From a virus (taxonomy: Duplodnaviria; Caudoviricetes): a stretch of 28,016 nt of DNA. The stretch covers positions 1 to 28,016 of IMG/VR virus record IMGVR_UViG_3300048852_000114; one strand, written 5' to 3'. The notes beneath the pieces were generated by a model. The model searched no databases, was not told where the DNA came from, and worked only from the letters and a program-made list of their open reading frames with translations. Shown here one piece after another: positions 15,224-24,869 of this stretch. The position numbers and the translations under genes are program-made. The number at the start of each line of letters is the position of its first letter. Position 1 is the stretch's first letter.

Positions 15224-15835
15224 ATGTGGGACCGGATCGAGCGGCTGGAGCAGCCCAAGGCCGAGGCATTGACCCTGGACGAGGTCAAGCAGCAATGCCG
15301 CATGGAGCCTGATGATAATGACGACAAGGTATTCCTTGAACGCTGCATTAAGGCCGCGCGCCAGATGGTCGAGGGGCCGGAAGGGGCCGGCTTGGGCATC
15401 ATGGCTGCGCTGTGGCAGCTGACCCTCGATTGCTTCCCGACCGAGATCCGCATTCCGATGGGGCCGGTGCTCAAGATCGAGAGCATCACCTACATCGACC
15501 CAGCCGGTGCGGAGCAGACGCTTCCGGCAGCTTTCTATCATTGGCGCAAGGGGTTCCTCGAGGCTCGCATCCAGCCGGCCTCCGGATCATGGTGGCCAGC
15601 CACGCGCGATCAGCTCGGCGCCGTCACGGTGACATTCACGGCCGGCTACCCCGGCACGGAGAAGGAGCCACCAGACCCGTCGATGGTGCCGGAAAGCCTG
15701 CATGTCGCCATGCTGATGTTGATCGCGCATTGGAACGACAACCGCGAAACCAGCATCATCGGCGAAGTCCCAGCGGATGTTCAGTTCGGCTTCGACGCCA
15801 TCCTCGACCAGTTTCGTGTCGGGAGGATCGCATGA
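15224..15835 (+). CDS. Head-tail connector (gp6-like)
   Basis: LTLDEVKQQCR, IKAARQMVE, VTVTFTAGY, VPESLHVAMLMLIAHWNDNRE. Confidence 0.92.
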   Translation: MWDRIERLEQPKAEALTLDEVKQQCRMEPDDNDDKVFLERCIKAARQMVEGPEGAGLGIMAALWQLTLDCFPTEIRIPMGPVLKIESITYIDPAGAEQTLPAAFYHWRKGFLEARIQPASGSWWPATRDQLGAVTVTFTAGYPGTEKEPPDPSMVPESLHVAMLMLIAHWNDNRETSIIGEVPADVQFGFDAILDQFRVGRIA

Positions 15836-16188
15836 GGCGCGGCGCTGGCCTGCTCCGAGACAAGGTCCATTGCCAGAAGAAGGGACCGGCGGTCGACGAT
15901 TTAGGGAACGAGGTTCCTGGCGGCAGCACCTGGACTACCCAATTCACTGTCAGGGCCGGTTTGCGCCCGCGCAATGGCGGTGAGAGCATCATCGCCGGCC
16001 GCCTGCAGGGCGTGCAGCCTTACATCGTCACCGTCCGCCAGAGCAGCCAGACGCGCCAGATAAGGACCGACTGGCGGCTGGTCGACGCTCGCGACGAGAA
16101 GCGTGTCTTCGCTGTCCGCACCGTCGCCGATCCCGACGGCAAGCGGGCATGGCTGGAAATGCTCGTCGAGCATGGAGCGGCCGCCTAA
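15832..16188 (+). CDS. Head closure / head-tail adaptor (SPP1 gp16-like)
   Basis: MRRGAGLLRDKV...DDLGN....W...ITVR-like...DPDGKRAWLEML; GGAGG RBS, ATGA overlap. Confidence 0.9.
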   Translation: MRRGAGLLRDKVHCQKKGPAVDDLGNEVPGGSTWTTQFTVRAGLRPRNGGESIIAGRLQGVQPYIVTVRQSSQTRQIRTDWRLVDARDEKRVFAVRTVADPDGKRAWLEMLVEHGAAA

Positions 16189-16304
16189 TGAAACGATTGA
16201 TCAGGTTCTTCAATAACTATCGCCTCACTCGGTGCCTGCAGCCGTACAAGGGTCGCCTGCACGCCATCCGGCTAGGGTGGCTGTATTCGGGCTGGGGCCT
16301 GTGA
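16188..16304 (+). CDS. 38-aa basic/aromatic microprotein
   Basis: Not in the ORF track. MKRLIRFFNNYRLTRCLQPYKGRLHAIRLGWLYSGWGL*, coupled by TAATG upstream and TGATG downstream. Confidence 0.65.
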   Translation: MKRLIRFFNNYRLTRCLQPYKGRLHAIRLGWLYSGWGL

Positions 16305-16756
16305 TGGCGATCAAGGCGAAGTTCCTCGGCCGCGAGGCGGTCATGAAGCGCCTCAACAAGCTTGTGCCCGACGCCGAAACGGAATTGGCCCAGGCGCAGC
16401 TTGAGGTCGCGCAGGAAGCCGCAAGGCTCATCGCAGCCAGGGCTCCGGAAGGCGACAGCGGCGAATACAAGCGGAGCATCCAGGGCGACAGGATCGCGAA
16501 CCGGCCTGGTCAGCAGCGTGTCGTCAGTACCAACGAGACGAAGGATAATAACGCGACGGGCGTCTTCGCTGAGTACCTCTGGAGATGGCTGGAGTTCGGC
16601 ACGAAGAAGCGCGTGGTTGAGAAGACCGGCAAAAACGCGGGCAAGATGATACCGCGGCCGCACGTCATGCCGACATGGCGTGCCTATCGGAAGAAGGCGC
16701 GGCGGAAGATGGCGACAGCGGTCAACAAGGCCGTCCGACGGGCCAAGGGCAAGTAA
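16304..16756 (+). CDS. Tail completion / neck protein, HK97 gp10 family
   Basis: AP..SGEYKRSI, WLEFGT, PRPHVMP motifs; start at ATG 16304. Confidence 0.9.
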   Translation: MAIKAKFLGREAVMKRLNKLVPDAETELAQAQLEVAQEAARLIAARAPEGDSGEYKRSIQGDRIANRPGQQRVVSTNETKDNNATGVFAEYLWRWLEFGTKKRVVEKTGKNAGKMIPRPHVMPTWRAYRKKARRKMATAVNKAVRRAKGK

Positions 16757-17167
16757 ATGGCTGCACCATCCAGAGAATTGGTCCTGTTCGCTCGCGACAG
16801 GCTGTTGAAGGCTGGGAACGTATCCGCGCTGGTCGGCAATCGCGTCTGGTACCGGGCGCCTGACGACGCGGCGTTCCCCTACATCGGCGATTTCGAAACG
16901 TTCGCGCTCCGCGACGACGCGACATGCGTCAACGGCAGCGACATCACCATGAACGTCCATGTCTGGACCCGCGACGGGCTGGATCCGCTTCAGGATGCTC
17001 GGGCGATCGCATACGAGGTCGCCCAGGCGCTGCATGACTATCCCCTTCCGTTGCCGTCCAACCACCTGGTTACGCTGGAGCACCGCGGCGATCGTGTCTT
17101 CTACGATCAGGACGGCTTGACCGGCCACGGCGTCGTCGAGTTCCGCGCCATCACGCAATCGACCTGA
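16757..17167 (+). CDS. Tail terminator (DUF3168-like)
   Basis: LVGNRVWYRAP...FPYI...VHVWTR...DGLTGHGVVEFRA. Confidence 0.88.
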   Translation: MAAPSRELVLFARDRLLKAGNVSALVGNRVWYRAPDDAAFPYIGDFETFALRDDATCVNGSDITMNVHVWTRDGLDPLQDARAIAYEVAQALHDYPLPLPSNHLVTLEHRGDRVFYDQDGLTGHGVVEFRAITQST

Positions 17168-17207
17168 CCCGGCGGCTTGCCGGATTTCCAACTGAAAGGA
17201 AGCGACC

Positions 17208-17642
17208 ATGCCCCAGCAAAAGGGACGTACCCTGCTGATCAAAATCAGCAATGACGATGCCGATCCCGGCCCAGAGACCTTCAGCAATCTCTGCGGCCTC
17301 ACGACACGCAGCTACAACATGTCAGCGAATGACGTCGACACTACTATTCCGGATTGCGAAGACCCTGGCGGCCCCCTGATCAAGACTGGCGAGCCCGGTA
17401 TTCAGAACCGAGTGTTTTCCGGCAGCGGAAAGTTCGTTTCTGGCGCAAATTCGAAGAGGCTCCTCGATCATGTTCGCGCCGGCGAGATATTCAGGGCTCA
17501 GATCGTCGTGCCTGGCGACGGCACCTACACAGGTCTCTGGTATGTGACGGATTGGGAATTCAGCGGAGAAATGGAAGGCAATATGGACTTCTCCGGGACC
17601 TTCAACCCGGCCAGCCCGCCCGCTTTCGTCGCTGAGGTCTGA
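17208..17642 (+). CDS. Major tail (tube) protein
   Basis: KGRTLLIKI, CGLTTRS...ANDVDTT, SGSGKF, VPGDGTYTG; AAAGGA RBS. Confidence 0.92.
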   Translation: MPQQKGRTLLIKISNDDADPGPETFSNLCGLTTRSYNMSANDVDTTIPDCEDPGGPLIKTGEPGIQNRVFSGSGKFVSGANSKRLLDHVRAGEIFRAQIVVPGDGTYTGLWYVTDWEFSGEMEGNMDFSGTFNPASPPAFVAEV

Positions 17643-17644
17643 AC

Positions 17645-18016
17645 ATGGGTGATCTTCCCGTGAATGGCGCGCGGGGCGAAGCCGCCCTGCGCATCGGCAG
17701 CGTCGACCTGGTGATCGCGGCCGAGATTGGGCGGCTCGCGGCTGTCTCGACGGCACTGGAATGCAAGTCCTTTATTGATCTGTACCAGCGGCTGCTTGGT
17801 GTCGAGATCGCAGCGACGATGGCCGGCATTCAACACCTTACCGTCAGGGGCAATGCGGCAGCCGCAATCGCACAGATGCGTTTGAAGGATCTGCCGGCGT
17901 GCAAGGCAGCGTTCGCGGCGACGCTGTCTCATCACCTCGGCGATGACGAGGGAAAAGGCGGGGCCGCCGGCAAGGCGGCACGCCGCAAGAAGCCTTCCCC
18001 TGGCGCGACTGGCTGA
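17645..18016 (+). CDS. Tail assembly chaperone (gpG-like)
   Basis: VNGARGEA.L.IG start, located between tube and tape measure genes, slippery site near the 3' end. Confidence 0.85.
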   Translation: MGDLPVNGARGEAALRIGSVDLVIAAEIGRLAAVSTALECKSFIDLYQRLLGVEIAATMAGIQHLTVRGNAAAAIAQMRLKDLPACKAAFAATLSHHLGDDEGKGGAAGKAARRKKPSPGATG

Positions 18017-18180
18017 AGATAAGCTTCAAGATAGGCTGGCGCCCTGCTGAATTCTGGACCGCGACCATCACCGAATTCTTCGATGCGATCGACGCGCACA
18101 ATGAGATGCACGGCGGGCCGGCCAAACCGGAAGCGCCGACCGACGACGAGATGGCCGATTTGCTGGCTCGGTACGGGTGA
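17950..18180 (+). CDS. -1 frameshift extension of the tail chaperone (gpT-like)
   Basis: G GGA AAA at 17950-17956; the -1 frame reads ...FPWRDWLKISFKIGWRPAEFWTATITEFFDAIDAHNEMHGG...PTDDEMADLLARYG*. Confidence 0.88.
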   Translation, partial: GKRRGRRQGGTPQEAFPWRDWLKISFKIGWRPAEFWTATITEFFDAIDAHNEMHGGPAKPEAPTDDEMADLLARYG

Positions 18181-18191
18181 GCCTAGTCGGC

Positions 18192-18554
18192 CTACTCGAT
18201 CGGAGGATTCTTTGCGGTTCTCAATACCCGGCCGGCGCTATGCCAAATCCGATATCCGTTTGCGCAGTCGACGAAGACGACAACATTGTCACGCGTACTC
18301 TTATCCGACAAATCGCTGAATAGAACGCGATCGCAGTTTTCATCCCTTGCCATTGCTTGGGCTCCGGCGACGCGTGCCAACTGAATTTCGTTCAGAACGA
18401 ACTTCTCACCAAACTTGGCAAACGTCTTCGGGTAGTTCGCCTGGTCATATGGCTTCAGATCAGCCGAGGATAGTTTTCGGCCGACGTCGTCGGCCATGCC
18501 TTGTGAGCTGATCAGGACGGCGATCCCAGCCAGCAATAGCAGTTTTCCTTTCAT
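18192..18554 (-). CDS. Exported 120-aa protein (antisense moron)
   Basis: Signal peptide MKGKLLLLAGIAVLISSQGMA, two Cys, GGGGG RBS; fills the chaperone-tape measure gap on the opposite strand. Confidence 0.85.
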   Translation of the reverse strand: MKGKLLLLAGIAVLISSQGMADDVGRKLSSADLKPYDQANYPKTFAKFGEKFVLNEIQLARVAGAQAMARDENCDRVLFSDLSDKSTRDNVVVFVDCANGYRIWHSAGRVLRTAKNPPIE

Positions 18555-18566
18555 AGAGCGCCCCCA

Positions 18567-20576
18567 ATGGCATCCGATCTTGAGCAGCTAGTTCTAAGCA
18601 TCAGCGCTGACACGCGTCAAATCCAGCGAGCGATCAAAAAGCTTGAGGGTGATACCGGCGCCAGCACGAAGCGGATTGAGCGCCAGTTTGATAGTCTCGG
18701 CAGAAAGGTCGGCCGGTCGTTCGACGGAATAGTCAGGGCGGCAAGGGGCGCTCTTGCTGGGCTGGCAGCTGCGTTCACGCTCAGGGAAGCGCAGCGCCTG
18801 ATCGACGCCTCAACCCGCATCGAGAATTCCCTGAAGGTCGCCGGGTTGGCCGGTGCCGAACTGACGCGCGTCTACGATAGGCTCTTCGAGAGCGCGCAGA
18901 AAAATGCCGCTCCGGTGGAAAGCCTTGTGACGCTGTATGGTCGCGCTGCGATCGTGCAAAAGGAACTGGGCGTCTCGACCGAGGAACTGCTTCGGTTCAC
19001 CGACAATGTCGCCTTGGCTCTCCGTGTGGCCGGTACCGATGCGCAGTCTGCCTCCGGAGCGCTGCTCCAGCTGTCCCAAGCGCTCGGTTCCGGCACCGTT
19101 CGCGCTGAAGAGTTCAACTCGGTCCTTGAGGGCGCCCTTCCAATAGCGCAGGCCGCCGCTGCCGGTCTCGAAGAGGCCGGGGGGTCGGTTGCAAAGCTGC
19201 GACAGCTCATCGTTGACGGCAAGGTCTCGTCCGAAGCGTTCTTCCGTGCCTTCGAGGCAGGTAGCTCGATCCTGCGCGACAAGGTGGCCGGTTCTGCGCT
19301 CACCACGGAACAGTCAACGACAAAGCTCTGGAATGCGCTGACCAAGGCCGCCGGCGAATTCAACAAAGCGACGGGTGCCAGCGAGAACTTCGCGGGCGGG
19401 TTGGGCAAGGTGGCCGAAGCCATCGCCGCATTCGACATGTCGGGTTTTATCGAGGAGATCCAGAAGGGCGCCTCGGCGCTCGATCAGTTCTTCGATCGGC
19501 TCGGCAACGCTCAGATCTTTCACGACTTCAACAAACGCTTCGGCATCCTGTCTAAGGAGAACCTTGCCGCCTACGGCATGAGCCTGCCGCCCACTGCGGG
19601 ACCCGATGGCGTAAGGACCACCAGTGGAAAGCAGGGAAGGGTATCGAGCCCAATCGATCGCAGGACCGCGCAAGCCTTTGGCGACACAACAGCGGCAAAG
19701 ACAGTATCGCTGTCGGACTTTGACGCGCCGGAAAGTAAGAACAAGGGCCGGTCGACCAGGGAACGTGCCGACGAGTATGAGCGGCTGTCGAAGCGCATCT
19801 CCGAATCGACGTCGGAACTGGTCGCGGAAACGGAAGCCCTGCGTGGCCTCAATCCGCTGATCGAAGACTACGGCTATGCGGCCGAACGGGCTCGCCTCGA
19901 ACGCGAACTGCTGAACGCGGCGGAGGAGGCAGGAAAGCAGATCACGCCTCAGCTCAGGGCCGAGATTGCCGCCCTGGCTGATCAGTATGGCCTCGCCGTC
20001 GCCGAGAGCGCTCGCCTGGCGGAAAGCCAAGACGAGTTGCGGCAGTCCTTCGAGGACATGCGCGACCTTGGCAAGGACATACTGGGGGGCTTCGTCAGCG
20101 ACCTAATCGAGGGAAGATCGGCAACAGACGCGCTTGCCGGCGCGCTCTCCAAAGTCGCTGCGCAGCTCGTCGAGATTGGTCTGAACGATCTGTTCGGAAA
20201 GTCCGGAAGCGGCTCCGGTACCGGCATTCTCGGCGACTTCATCAGCTCCATGTTCGGCGGCTTCCGAGCGAGCGGCGGACCTGTGCAGGCGGGCAAAGCC
20301 TACGTCGTCGGTGAGAAACGGCCCGAGGTGTTCGTCCCGGAACAATCGGGCACGATCCTGCCTGCGATTCCTCGCATGCCGGCTGCGGTTGCTCCCGCCG
20401 GTGGCGGTGGCGTGACATTCGCCCCCTCGCTGACCATCCATGCGCCGAATGCGCAACCAGGCGTGAGGGCCGAAATCGCAGCGGCCGGCAAAGAGCTCAT
20501 GGATCAGATGCGCCGCGAGTTCACGCCCAACGTCAAAAAGAGCCTGCTTGAGCTCAAGACACATGGTGCGATCTGA
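18567..20576 (+). CDS. Tape measure protein
   Basis: Ala-rich helical; LLQLSQALGSGTVRAEEFNSVLE N-terminal motif; C-terminal RASGGPV..G..YVVGEKRPEVFVP. Confidence 0.95.
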   Translation: MASDLEQLVLSISADTRQIQRAIKKLEGDTGASTKRIERQFDSLGRKVGRSFDGIVRAARGALAGLAAAFTLREAQRLIDASTRIENSLKVAGLAGAELTRVYDRLFESAQKNAAPVESLVTLYGRAAIVQKELGVSTEELLRFTDNVALALRVAGTDAQSASGALLQLSQALGSGTVRAEEFNSVLEGALPIAQAAAAGLEEAGGSVAKLRQLIVDGKVSSEAFFRAFEAGSSILRDKVAGSALTTEQSTTKLWNALTKAAGEFNKATGASENFAGGLGKVAEAIAAFDMSGFIEEIQKGASALDQFFDRLGNAQIFHDFNKRFGILSKENLAAYGMSLPPTAGPDGVRTTSGKQGRVSSPIDRRTAQAFGDTTAAKTVSLSDFDAPESKNKGRSTRERADEYERLSKRISESTSELVAETEALRGLNPLIEDYGYAAERARLERELLNAAEEAGKQITPQLRAEIAALADQYGLAVAESARLAESQDELRQSFEDMRDLGKDILGGFVSDLIEGRSATDALAGALSKVAAQLVEIGLNDLFGKSGSGSGTGILGDFISSMFGGFRASGGPVQAGKAYVVGEKRPEVFVPEQSGTILPAIPRMPAAVAPAGGGGVTFAPSLTIHAPNAQPGVRAEIAAAGKELMDQMRREFTPNVKKSLLELKTHGAI

Positions 20577-21190
20577 TGGCGGTCGTTGCACTTCCCGATG
20601 TGCGGTTCCAGGTTGGGCGCCCGAGGCTGATCGACAGCGTGTCGGTGTCGCGGACTGGGCAACGGGCAATTTCCTTCGTCGAGACTGCTGACCCGTTCTG
20701 GGAAATCCCGATGCGGACTATCCCGCTCGACGCCTTTGACCTCGCACGTGTCGAGGCCTTCCGGGAAGTGACCCGGCAGGGCCGGAACACGGTCCTCTAC
20801 ACGCCCAAGCACGTCTGTCTGCCTCAGGCGTATTGGGGGAACCCTGATGCGCCCGCTCTCGCGAACCCAGGATCTGTGATCGTCGCATCCGGCAATTCGC
20901 TATCCTTCAACACCGTCGACAACGGCTTGACCCTGATGCCTGGGGATTTGATCGGCCTGGAGAGTGTCGGCGACTACCGCGCAATGGGCCGGATCATTAC
21001 CGGCGGGGTCGCGGCCGGTGGTGCCATGTCGGTCACCGTCGAGCCTCCGATCCCGCCATATATCGCCGTTGGCGCGATGGTGCGCTTCAAGGATGTCACG
21101 CTTAACACCAGGGTTCTGCCGGGCTCGTTTTCGATACCTGACGAATTCAGGCCTGTTGCGTCCTTCACCCTCATCGAGGTGCCGCGATGA
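20576..21190 (+). CDS. Distal tail protein-like
   Basis: Position after tape measure (TGATG overlap), beta-rich, ends ASFTLIEVPR. Confidence 0.65.
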   Translation: MAVVALPDVRFQVGRPRLIDSVSVSRTGQRAISFVETADPFWEIPMRTIPLDAFDLARVEAFREVTRQGRNTVLYTPKHVCLPQAYWGNPDAPALANPGSVIVASGNSLSFNTVDNGLTLMPGDLIGLESVGDYRAMGRIITGGVAAGGAMSVTVEPPIPPYIAVGAMVRFKDVTLNTRVLPGSFSIPDEFRPVASFTLIEVPR

Positions 21191-21750
21191 GCTTTCCGGC
21201 ACGCCTTGAACAGCTCCTCGAGGAAGGGCGCATCGCGATCCGAGGCATGGTCAAGTTCCAGCTCGGTACCGGCACCTATGGCTTCTGGACCGGGAACTAC
21301 GACCTTCCATGGGATGGGATCGTGTATCGGCCGAACCAGCTCATCTCGATCGAGGACCGCAGTTTCGGGGTAGGTCTCGAAGGGAGTGGCTTCAAGATCG
21401 AGCTGCCGGCAAAGGCCGATTTCGGCGTCACGCCGGACCTCCTACTGCAGATCGAGCAGCTGGATTACAAGAACAGGCCGGTGACGGTCTATGAGGCCTA
21501 TTTCGATCCGGACACGCGGCAGCTGCTGCATGTCGAGGCGATCGACTACGGCTACATCGACATCATCGACCATGTGAATGAAGACGGGCAGCTGAAGCTC
21601 GTCGGCAAGGTCATGACAGGGGCGATCGACAACCATCGCGACGGCTACCGCTCGGCCAGCCATGAAGATCAGCAGCTCGTGTCGCCCGGCGACATGGGTT
21701 TCGAGCACGCTGGCCGCGTGAAGACCGAAGACTTCGACATCGAACTATAG
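21187..21750 (+). CDS. Tail tip / hub protein
   Basis: FWTG..DL.WDG..Y and EDQQLVSPGDMGFEH patterns of minor tail proteins; position. Confidence 0.7.
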   Translation: MSFPARLEQLLEEGRIAIRGMVKFQLGTGTYGFWTGNYDLPWDGIVYRPNQLISIEDRSFGVGLEGSGFKIELPAKADFGVTPDLLLQIEQLDYKNRPVTVYEAYFDPDTRQLLHVEAIDYGYIDIIDHVNEDGQLKLVGKVMTGAIDNHRDGYRSASHEDQQLVSPGDMGFEHAGRVKTEDFDIEL

Positions 21751-21761
21751 GCCTCTCCAAT

Positions 21762-22181
21762 ATGCCGAAAGCACTGACCCGGTTGCCCGACTGGGACCGT
21801 CGCCTTGCGCGCGTCACCGAAAAGCACATGGCCCTGCCTGGCGTGTGGGGCGAAAGCGATTGCCTGCTGACCGTGGCCGACGCGATCGAGGCCGTCACTG
21901 GAAAGGATCTCGCCGTGCGCATCCGCGGAAAGTATTCGAGCGAGATAGGCGCCGCGAAGCTCATGCGCCGCCGCGGCTGCGCCAATGTCGAGGAAGTGCT
22001 TGCCAAGCGCTTCCCACCTGTCGGGCGGCTGCTCGCCAAGCGCGGCGATGTCGGCACTGTGGAACGTCAGGGCGTGCTCGCCGCCGGCTACATCACCGAA
22101 TACGGCATGGCCGTGAAAACAGAGCGCGGCCTCGAATTCGTGCCTCAGACCGACATTCGCAGCGCATATCAGGTCGGCTGA
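21762..22181 (+). CDS. Tail tip assembly protein, NlpC/P60-like (DUF6950-like)
   Basis: WGESDCLLTVADAIEAVTGKD and AKRGDVG motifs; lambda K position. Confidence 0.78.
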   Translation: MPKALTRLPDWDRRLARVTEKHMALPGVWGESDCLLTVADAIEAVTGKDLAVRIRGKYSSEIGAAKLMRRRGCANVEEVLAKRFPPVGRLLAKRGDVGTVERQGVLAAGYITEYGMAVKTERGLEFVPQTDIRSAYQVG

Positions 22182-22184
22182 TCG

Positions 22185-24869
22185 ATGTCCTTTATCCCTC
22201 CTCTGATCCTTGGCGTCGGCAAGGCCGTCGCCGGCATCGCGACGTTCCTGTCGAGCGGCACCATCCTGGCCGGCGTCGCCAAGTTCGGCCTTGGCCTCGC
22301 CGCTCAGTTCGCGATCGGTCAGATCCTCGCGCCAAAGCCGCAGGCCCAGGCCATGCTGCTGCAGACGGCCTACGGCGAGAACTTGGCCAGGACCGTCGCC
22401 ATGGGGCGCGTCGGTACGGCCGGCCACCACATTTACCGCAACTCGCATGGCAAGGGCGGCCGCCGTATCCAGGACGTCTATGTCCTGTCGCATTTCCAGT
22501 CGCGTGGCATCACGCGCATTCGCTGGAAGGGCAACTGGCACACGCTCGACACCACCTTTGACCATCCGGATCTCGGCTATCGCATCGCGGGCACCGGGAA
22601 GGCATTTGCCTGGGTCAAGTTCTATCGTGGGACCATGGGCCAGCCGGCAGATCTGTATCTGCAGTACATGTCCAATCCCGCGGGTCGCTGGACGCCTGCA
22701 CACCGCCTCGCTGGCGTGTCCTATGCTGTGGTGAACTTCAACCTCGAACGGGAGGATATGCCGCAACCGCTTGAGTTCTTCGTCGAGCTCGAAGGCGGTC
22801 TCTTCTATGACTGGCGCAAGGACAGCACCGTCGGCGGCACCGGCTCGCAGCGTTGGGACGATCAGTCGACGTGGGAGTTCACGACCAACCCTGTCGTGAT
22901 GATGTACGCTCTGGAGCGCGGCATCTACAACGGCACGGAACGCATGGTCGGCAAGGGCGTCTCGCCTTCGCGTCTGCCGCTGGCCCAATGGACCGTTGCG
23001 GCGAACATCTGCGACGAGGTGGTCAACGGAAAGCGGCGATATGAGGCGGGTTTGCTCGCCGTCTCAGGTCAGGGATCGACCCATGCTGCGAACATGCAGC
23101 CGCTGCTTGATGCCTGCGCGGGCTCGTGGGTCGAGACTGCCGCCGGCGAGTATCCGATCGTCGGCGCCAATCAGGCCGTCGTAGCGACCTTCACCGATCA
23201 CGACATCGTTCCGGACGAGCCGTATCGCTTTTCCCACAAGCGCACCCGCACCGAACTGGTGAACACGGCGGCCGGAAGCTTCGTCAATCCGGAGACCTTT
23301 TACGAGACCGCACCGCTCGCACCTCGAATCGATCAGCAGGCCATTGCGGTCGATGGCGAACGCCTGGCGGTGTCTATCCCCTACACGGCCGTCAACACGA
23401 CAGAGGTCGGCGACAGGCTGCTCGACATCGCGATCCGAGCCAGCCGCTATCAGGCCAACGCCGAAATCTGCCTGCCTCCCAAGTTCTTGCGGATCAACCC
23501 CGGCCGGTGGGTCCGCTTCAATTCGGCGAAGCATGGCGACCGCAAATTCGTCGTCTTGCAGAAGCGTCTCGGCTCGGTCGGCACCAACTCGGCCCGCAAC
23601 GTCTACCTGACCCTTCAGGAGGTCGGTGACGGCATCTTCGATCCGACAGCCTATGTTACGGTGCCGCCGGATGGGATCGTGCCGGGTGCGCCCGACTACC
23701 TGGGCGAGGTCGACAATTTCAGGGTTGCAGCGGTCACGCTGCAGGACGAGAACGGCGCAAAGCGACCCGGTGCTCAAGCGCGATGGAATCCGATCGAAGA
23801 TCCGACGGTCACCGGCGTCGCTCTTCGTTGGCGGCCGGTCGCGCAGCCGGATGCCGTGTTCTATGACCAGGTCCCGAACGATGTCACGTTCTACCAGCTC
23901 GAGAACGGGCTCACGGCGAACAGCGATTGGGAGGTCAGCACACGGCTGATCACCAGCCCGGCGCGCGCGGTTGCCTGGTCGGCGTGGACACCGTTCCGGA
24001 CCACGGATGCCCGCATTGGCGGCGTGGACATCTACGACGGCGCAATCGATCTCGCGAAATTCGGGCAAGACGCCCGCGCATTCCAAAACTATATGGGCGC
24101 CGGCTTCCGCGATGCACTCGAAGAGATTGAAAGCCTTGCCACCTATTCGATCGACCAGGATTTCCGCAACTTCGCGGACAAGAGCTCGCTGAGGCGTGAA
24201 CTCGTTCTCCAGTCCGGTGCGCTAAAGGCGACTGTCGACGAGAGATTCACGGTTGCGCTCGGCCCAAACTCGGCGATTGCGAACAAATTCGTGGAGCTGA
24301 CGGTCGAGATCGCCGGCAAGGCCTCCGCCTCTGCATTGGAAGCCGTCACCATCCAGGTCGAGGAAATCGACGGGATTGTCACGGCGCAAGCCGCATCGAT
24401 CGAGAGCCTCAAGGTTGAGGTCAACGGCAAGGCATCTGCCGAGGCGTTTGAAGCGCTTCGGCTGCAGATCGATGGCAGTGGCGGCATAGCGGAGCGCCTG
24501 AGCGGCGTCGAGTTCACCATGGACGGGGTGACAGCATCGTCGCGGGTTCGGACGTCGGCCGGATACACGCCGGGGACAGGCTTTGCCGTCCGCTTCGGGT
24601 GGGAGGGCCGCATCAGCACCTCCGCCAATTATAGAGCCGCCTTCTACATCGACGTCTCGGCAACGACTGCTCGGGCCGTGTTCGAAGTGGATTCGTTCAT
24701 CATCGCTTCGGGAGCGAACTTGACCCAGCCTTTCGTCTTCACGGGCGGCGTTGCGTACATGGAGAACGCGCGCCTCGGCACGCTCTATTTCAACCGGCTC
24801 ATGTCGAACAACGGCAAGTTGATCATCGACGGTTCTGGCAACAACGCCTCGATCGAGATGTGGACATGA
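22185..24869 (+). CDS. Tip attachment / central fibre protein J-like
   Basis: 894 aa; LAGVSYAVV, YDWRKDSTVGGTG, WEFTTNPV, Fn3-like region, coiled coil, C-terminal QPFVFTGGVAYMENA. Confidence 0.9.
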   Translation: MSFIPPLILGVGKAVAGIATFLSSGTILAGVAKFGLGLAAQFAIGQILAPKPQAQAMLLQTAYGENLARTVAMGRVGTAGHHIYRNSHGKGGRRIQDVYVLSHFQSRGITRIRWKGNWHTLDTTFDHPDLGYRIAGTGKAFAWVKFYRGTMGQPADLYLQYMSNPAGRWTPAHRLAGVSYAVVNFNLEREDMPQPLEFFVELEGGLFYDWRKDSTVGGTGSQRWDDQSTWEFTTNPVVMMYALERGIYNGTERMVGKGVSPSRLPLAQWTVAANICDEVVNGKRRYEAGLLAVSGQGSTHAANMQPLLDACAGSWVETAAGEYPIVGANQAVVATFTDHDIVPDEPYRFSHKRTRTELVNTAAGSFVNPETFYETAPLAPRIDQQAIAVDGERLAVSIPYTAVNTTEVGDRLLDIAIRASRYQANAEICLPPKFLRINPGRWVRFNSAKHGDRKFVVLQKRLGSVGTNSARNVYLTLQEVGDGIFDPTAYVTVPPDGIVPGAPDYLGEVDNFRVAAVTLQDENGAKRPGAQARWNPIEDPTVTGVALRWRPVAQPDAVFYDQVPNDVTFYQLENGLTANSDWEVSTRLITSPARAVAWSAWTPFRTTDARIGGVDIYDGAIDLAKFGQDARAFQNYMGAGFRDALEEIESLATYSIDQDFRNFADKSSLRRELVLQSGALKATVDERFTVALGPNSAIANKFVELTVEIAGKASASALEAVTIQVEEIDGIVTAQAASIESLKVEVNGKASAEAFEALRLQIDGSGGIAERLSGVEFTMDGVTASSRVRTSAGYTPGTGFAVRFGWEGRISTSANYRAAFYIDVSATTARAVFEVDSFIIASGANLTQPFVFTGGVAYMENARLGTLYFNRLMSNNGKLIIDGSGNNASIEMWT

